29,284 bases of DNA from Ginkgo biloba (lineage: Eukaryota; Plantae; Ginkgophyta), in NCBI GenBank assembly GCA_024626585.2, contig JANKJI020000004.1, positions 149,363,219 through 149,392,502 of the forward strand, given 5' to 3'. This document shows positions 22,940-29,284 of this stretch, piece after piece; position 1 is the stretch's first letter; every line of letters starts with the position of its first letter. Below the pieces are notes generated by a model that made no database searches, had not been told where the DNA came from, and saw only the letters and a program-made list of their open reading frames with translations. The position numbers and the translations under genes are program-made.

Positions 22940-23690
22940 TCTTCTCCCCTCATTGGGGAGAAGTAGAGGGCTCTTCCATCCATCTTGAAGATCATTTTAA
23001 GAGCTATGCCTTAGCATAAAGATAGAGATCATACTTACATCTAGTCCATGATATCATTTCACTTGATGATATTTTTTATCACATTGTATTTCATCTTTTG
23101 TGTTAGCTCTTTTCTTTTTCTATGGCATGGCTCTCTTGATTTTTTTATTCATGATTCTTATTTAAAGACTCTTTATACATAAATAACCCCTAATGTTGTT
23201 TGATATGTTTTTGACATTTATCAACTACTAAATAGTGGTATTTGTCATCAACATATTTTTGCGACTATACTAGGAAATGCAACACATTCCCTAATATCCG
23301 CATTTCATCATTCTTATGCAGGTTCAGATATTATATGGATCTATTTTTTCATCAATCAAGATTCTTTCCTTAATTAGTGTAGACATTGATACGACACTAG
23401 TTTTTAAATTAAGATATCTACAATGATAATATATATTTATACAATGGTTATGTATCAGTCTATGCCTACGATTACATTGGACAAGTATTCATAGGTATGA
23501 ATTTTTTTCCAATAGCCACGGACGATTGTGCTTGTTCTTAGAGATCTTATTCCCTTCACCTACATCGTAAACCTTCTCAAAACCAGAATGCCTGATCTCA
23601 AAGAACTCATTATCGTATAGGATCTTGCAAGTGTAGAGTTATGACCCTTTACATTTCAAGCTAAGAAAGGTTTGACATTTGTCAATCATA
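22940..23690 (-). pseudogene. Heavily decayed L1 ORF2 endonuclease (separate LINE, opposite strand to the ORF1 at 21340)
   Basis: VKPFLA*NVKGHNS at about 23635-23680 resembles SWNVRGLN. It is followed at plausible spacing by GILVL, INVY and RILG (WILGGDFN-like). Confidence 0.45.
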
Positions 23691-24725
23691 CTTTATTTTC
23701 TCTTTCCTTGGCTTCAACTACCATTATGTAGACCTACAGGGTGTAGCTGATGGGTTCAATCCTTAAATATCCCAAGCTAAAATTTGGGGATGGAGGTTGA
23801 GTCTATGATTTCATCCCAAGGACAGATGGAAAATAATAAGACCCTACTTAATGCATTATCAAAATTTTTCTAAACTATTTTTGCTGGTGATGTCCCCATG
23901 AAGGTCATAATGGCATTTATATAGAGTGTTATATTACGTTGATTACAATGATAAATCACTGATTCATAAGAGATATGTCATATCATATAGAAAAATACTA
24001 TCATGAATTGAAATAGCATGGTAATGCATGGAGTGTTCTATTTATTGCTTATTTAAGTTTTATGTAGCTAGTACATACCTTAAGCATCCTTGAAACTTAT
24101 AAGCCTATAAGATATTTGGAATTCCAAATGATTATTAATGCTTATTGTTGATATATGATTGGATGACCTATATTGGTAATATTATTATCTTCACTCTTAC
24201 TGGTTATTAGATTTTTATTGCTATAACAAAGCATTTCCTTAGTGCAATCCATTATTCACTGTCTTTATGCTTGTACATGATCTGTCTTCACATATTTATA
24301 ATAAGAGAACACAACCAACTTATTCACATTTTTGTAGCTCATCCTATTGGCTACAATATGCAGTGCATCTATAATCACTTTGCCATTTATCATCATTCAA
24401 TCTTTAAGCATAACCACTTTCCACTAGGGTTTTGGACATGGGGGCACTACCACATGCTTGCTCCCTTTGTAGCAAATTGCATTCATTTCAATATTTGATT
24501 ATTGACTTGAATTTTTAAGCAATGATATTTTTCACTTTCATTTTCTCTGATATTCATATTATCCTTTCATTCCATGGTACACTTGTTGGTGGATGAGTAT
24601 CATTATAGGTGTAATTCAATAAGATNNNNNNNNNNNNNNNNNNNNNNNNNNNNNNNNNNNNNNNNNNNNNNNNNNNNNNNNNNNNNNNNNNNNNNNNNNN
24701 NNNNNNNNNNNNNNNNNNNNNNNNN

Positions 24726-25400
24726 AGAGAATGAAACTCCTCATTATAATCAACTATACTCTAGTCAATTTTTTGCCTCAGGCTATGCCACTGCATCATC
24801 TTATCATCCAACCAACGTATTGGATAAAAAAAAATTCTCAAAAGGTCTACAAACTCATCCCAACTAGCCATTAGAGATTTATGTTTGTCTTCTCTTTCTC
24901 TACAGACTGACCTCCACCAAAGTAAAGAATTTTGGCTGAATCTGAGCCATGCAAACTCAATTATATCTCTGTCACTATTTCATTGACACTGAAAGAGATT
25001 TTCAATTATTGAATCCATAAATCTAATGCTTCAACATCAAATTCACCGTTAAAAGACTTTTAACGGTGAATTTGATGTTGAAGCATTAGATTTATGGNNN
25101 NNNNNNNACATCAAATTCACCGTTAAAAGATGGAATTTCTCTGTGAGTGTTTACCTTGAAAGCTATCTTACCTCCAAGCACCTTAGAGCTAGAGGATCTA
25201 GAATCCTGGGACTTGTGGGGCTTGCTCTCATTCATCATGGATGCAAACTCAACCTTCAAATCAACTTTTTGCTCGTCCAAAGCCTCTTACATAATATGCA
25301 ACAACATTTCTTTGCCACTGTCAACCTCTTCCTCTGCCATGGATGTAGTCTTCTTGGACCTTCTTCTTGGGTTTGGGTAGAGAGGAGGAATAACTGGTTC
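24726..25400 (-). pseudogene. Ty3/gypsy gag, decayed
   Basis: KIAFKVNTHREIPSFNGEFDVEALDLWIQ*LKISF matches the FKV..IPxFxGexd...LdxW motif. It lies downstream of the PBS. A very eroded protease may follow at about 24250-24530. Confidence 0.78.
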
Positions 25401-25493
25401 AATACCTTGTCTCTAGAGTATGCTTCTTGTCCACCTTTGGCCTTCCAACTTGAAATCTTACCTAAAAGATTTGATATAAAGATCCGATACGAA

Positions 25494-25505
25494 ACTTTGA
25501 TACCA
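25494..25505 (-). promoter_or_regulatory. Primer binding site, tRNA-iMet type
   Basis: Minus strand ...GGATCA-T-TGGTATCAAAGT: LTR-terminal CA, one spacer base, then a 10/12 match to TGGTATCAGAGC. Confidence 0.85.
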
Positions 25506-25506
25506 A

Positions 25507-26635
25507 TGATCCCACCCAATGGGTGCTAATGGCCACTTGAATGNNNNNNNNNNTAGGGGCCAACCTACTCCAAAAGGATGCGGGTTGATGAATTTATAGC
25601 GGTAGACAAAAACCACTTGCAGATTTACATTCACTTGCAACATATACAAGAATTGTTGTAAGGAAAAGAATGATCTCATTAATATATATATTCAGATAGC
25701 TGTATAGGTACACATAAACAAGAGATAACCTTTGTACATTGCGTAGCCAAGGCTAATTGGTGCATATGAGGTTCTATTACAAGCTTTGCTCTAAGTTCTT
25801 CTCCAACAATCATAAAAACAGAGTACAAGAATTCAAAGAAGGAAAAAAAAAACACTGAAATTCTAATTTTTTAACTTTGATGTTCAATTCCCTTCCAAGG
25901 AGAAGATGAACCATTCTATTTGGTAGAATATGGACAACCAAAAGTCATGGCAGAATCCCAACAGTCTACTGTTACACAATTGTTGGAAATGTATAGCTAG
26001 AAATATCTTTTTATTTCTGCCACTTTATGATATGAAGTAACCATTTTTACCATAAATTAATTTTACATCTCCTTGGTCTCATTTCAATTCTAATATAAAA
26101 TGCTATAACTTTACTTCTTTGACCAAGGGTTGAATCTGTATAGATGTTTCCCAAATTTTCCCACAAGATGACTATTAAAAAGAAATAGAAAGTTGGATAT
26201 TTAGAAAATGACAAAAAGTCACTTGCATCTTAAGTGTAGGTAGTTCTCTTTCAATTGATAAGAAGTCACCTGCAGCTTAGGTATATAGTTAGCAATGGGA
26301 AGTCACTTGCATCTTAGATGTAGGTGAGTTCACTTGCATATTAAGTTCACTTGCAACTATAGTTCACTTGCAACTGAAGTTCATTTGCAACTGGANNNNN
26401 NNNNNNNNNNNNNNNNNNNNNNNNNNATTGAAGTTCACTTGCAACTATAGTTCACTTGCAACTGAAGTTCACTTGCAATTGTAGTTCATTTGCAACCTGT
26501 ATAACCCAACGATGCTTGGATCAAGGATCATTATATGGCCATGGTAAAATTGGGCAAAACTAAGTTGGCTAAAGTGGAATTATCCAAGGAGTTGGCAGAA
26601 TGAGAAAAAAAAACCATTTGGAAATTAGTTTGACA
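25507..26635 (-). repeat. 5' LTR of the gag element (outer boundary tentative)
   Basis: The inner end is fixed by the PBS. The outer end is guessed at TGTCAAAC (26635). Contains the tandem array listed next. Confidence 0.55.
26216..26497. repeat. 17-bp tandem array (AGTTCACTTGCAACTRW) within the LTR
   Basis: At least seven regular units over 26343-26497, interrupted by an N gap. Dispersed AAGTCACTTGCATCTTA variants lie upstream. Confidence 0.9.
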
Positions 26636-26735
26636 CAATTTTATTGTTTTCCCCATCCATGTATTTGTGGTTTAACATGTCGAACTTTAGTATATGTTGG
26701 CAATGATTCATTTATGATACTAAATCATCTCCTTA

Positions 26736-26975
26736 TACAAACCTCATATTTTTTATCTCGATAGAAGTATCAATTTAAATTTTTAGCTTCTTTCCATATA
26801 TTCACAAGGACATTTGTTTAGATCCAAAATAATTAACAACTTGACATACCAATCATCCTCCAATTACAATATCAACTATAGGTTCTACATTTCTTACATT
26901 TTTTCTTGAGCACTATCTTTTGACTTTTTCATCCATGTTTTAGTTATGGCAATGCATTATTAGGTGGCATGGTAG
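26736..26975 (-). mobile_element. Protease-region fragment; family Y copy D
   Basis: acaaacctcatattttttatctcgatagaagtatcaatttaa aligns to 3925-3966. Homology continues to about 4185 and to 15700-15878. Confidence 0.72.
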
Positions 26976-27991
26976 CCCTGTGATAGAGGCATAGATATGG
27001 GTAAAATTGAGAACAAAATTAGTTATGGTCAGATCTTGGAGGATGTCTTCATAATCATGATATGATTTAATTCAAAGATCATGGCTTTCTATTTAAATGA
27101 ATATGTTAACTTCTTATTGTATCAACATCTTATGTGCATACTCATGTCTTAGCTTGTAATAATAGTTGTGAATAATCCATGGTTATTGGCCATATATGCT
27201 TGTCTTAAGGTGTAACACAATGTGTTCAATCATTATGGAATGTATAAAACTATGCTAACCAATTGTAAGTGATGAATTCTATCTTGTAACTTCAATTTGC
27301 ATTAGTTTAGTTAGATGATTCTAATTAGTCTCCTTTGATAATCGTAGTCAGGGCCAAATGCAACAAAAAATAGAATTTTAGAGATAGTTGGTATAGACAT
27401 AGTTTTACATGGTCAACTTCATCGCTTAATTGCAACAACTGAGTAATCAATAGGGTGCTCCCATTCCATAGACATTTCCTCTACCTCAACTGGCACTAAA
27501 ATTATACACCAAAATTTCCATTCCACAGTGTGATGGGTAAATCAACCCTTAGGGATTATACATGCATATAGGTTCATAGTACATGTACACCATTAATTAC
27601 ACAACATGAAATATACATTATGTAAGTACAATCTCATTTATTGCTCATCATTACATGATACATGATCACAAATTCCAAAGCTAAACCTCTCACACGTAAC
27701 TCCAATCACTTGCAATTGGTTGTCGCATCTTACTCCCAACTTTCTCTATGCTATATATAATTTATTCTCTCTATATATATAGATTGAGTTGACTGAGCAC
27801 TCATGAAGATGTTGGATTTGATTACCTTAATAATAGTTAACCAAAGTCAACAGAAGGCTCTTTGTCATTAATATAAATGATTTTAATAAAAATAAACTTT
27901 ATGTATAATATATTTTATCACTAATTGATGTATTCTAAAATGTACTTATGATTCTAATCAAACATAATATTAAAGGAAGAGGTATAATAGA

Positions 27992-28170
27992 AAGGATAAA
28001 GTGGATGAATTGTTAGAGAGAATAGTGATTGAGACCATAAGAAGTAGATACAAGTGATACTTGGTCAAGTTGAAAGGATTTTCAAAGGAGGATAATATGT
28101 GGATCTTTGAGGTAGAGCTTAGGAAAATAGATGAAGATAAGTGGAGAGTAATTAAGGAGCAACATGAGTA
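27992..28170 (+). pseudogene. Integrase C-terminal chromodomain of a chromovirus
   Basis: KDKVDELLERIVIETIRSRYK*YLVKLKGFSKEDNMWIFEVELRKID matches V/IExIL..R..YLVKWKG...xxxW..E..L. Not in the supplied ORF track. Confidence 0.85.
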
Positions 28171-28194
28171 AGGACTATTATGAAATTTTTCACC

Positions 28195-29284
28195 AGGGGA
28201 GGATGATATAAGACCATTGCCTAGTTTTAATTTTTTACATTTTTTTTAGGACCAACATTCGTTGTCAATGATAATGATCATTGATAATGGTAGAGGATTG
28301 ACAACTAATGACATTGATAGGGAAATACCAATGTTGACAAAAATTTAAAGCTAAGAATATTTCCTAAAGAAAGAAGGAATATGTATCGATTGACGATCAT
28401 GGAGGCAAGGCGATTAGTCAATGATAAAGGGTGATGACTAATAATGGAGAGAAGTCATGTTGAAACATGAGAAGTTTTAAACTTTAAGAAATAAATGGTG
28501 GTAGGTGAGAAAACTTTTAAAGTATTGTATTTAATATTAATAGGTAAAGAAGGTTTGGGATGAAATTAAAGAATTTAACAACTAGGAAGGAGAGAACTAT
28601 AGGAGAACACTATAGAGGAGATATTTTTTTCTAAAATAGAGAGTAGAGAAGAAGGATTTGAGTTAGAGGAAGAAAGAGGAAGTGATGGAGTTTGGGTGCA
28701 GATTGTTGAGTAGGAGGCAAAATATTGGGACATTGGCACATAGTAGGATATGTGTGCTTGTAGGGATTAAGGGAAGGAGTTGATTGATTCATGTAATATT
28801 GTTTAGTAGGGAAGGAATGGATTATGAGTTCTAACCTACCTATGAGGTGATTGTATATATTCACTTGTATAGGCTAGTGGACTAGATTTAACATAACTTA
28901 TGTATTGTTAAGATTATATAAATAGTGAAATTACTCTAAATACTGGGTGAGTATGTTTTCATTTATTTGTGTATAGTCACGGGAGTTTGGTTTTGATCAC
29001 TAAAGGAGTGCTCAAGGAACTTAGGACTCAAGTAGTGAAATTTGATATTTTAATGATTGGTACCAAGTGTCTACATCAAGACTTTTAATCTTATAATTAT
29101 AAAATGGAACTTTTAATATGTATGAACCTAAACATTTCATTTGGAGTAGCATAATATATATATCTATTGACTTTAATTTTCTTCTATATGATAGTCCTTT
29201 CTTATAACTTCTTACTCTTGGTTGCTATGAGAATTAGACCTAGATTTAAGTTGGGGATTATTGTATTTATTTCCTTAACCCTAA
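28195..29284 (+). mobile_element. Polypurine tract plus 3' LTR of the chromovirus, running to about the window end
   Basis: TTTTTCACC-AGGGGAGGA-TGAT directly after the chromodomain, with the LTR starting at 28204. TATA-like TGTATATA near 28852. The right end is not seen. Confidence 0.7.

Noticed and set aside
21340-23690. ORF1 and endonuclease as one LINE
   Set aside because: They are on opposite strands, converging across a gap. They are either two elements or a mis-oriented contig.
26216-26497. CRISPR-like appearance of the repeat arrays here and at 2507-2670
   Set aside because: Head-to-tail units without unique spacers, no cas genes, and a eukaryotic LTR context.
29275-29284. Telomere-like AACCCTAA at the window end
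   Set aside because: A single unit, common in plant LTRs, with no array.

Overview
No intact host gene, RNA gene or CRISPR array is supportable. The window is an AT-rich, gap-ridden (many N runs) stack of decayed, nested plant retrotransposons. It most likely comes from a large-genome land plant such as a gymnosperm or fern (inference from element types). Almost all long ORFs in the supplied track are artefacts of N runs. Recognisable pieces: an L1-type RNase H remnant (181-570); an L1 LINE ORF2 split by a complete two-LTR element (8313-12842) that carries gag and protease but no visible RT/RNaseH/integrase; a second gag-protease Ty3/gypsy family in four fragments; two inverted copies of an Athila-like 3' end plus LTR; a gypsy pol with the RT catalytic core deleted in frame and an unassigned domain upstream of RT; further LINE ORF1 and endonuclease remnants; a gag element with a tRNA-iMet PBS; and a chromovirus 3' end (chromodomain, PPT, LTR). 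I found no convincing new biological system. The best leads are the RT-less element with a hairpin where its PBS should be, the RT-core deletion, and the unassigned pre-RT domain. All translations and alignments were done by eye.
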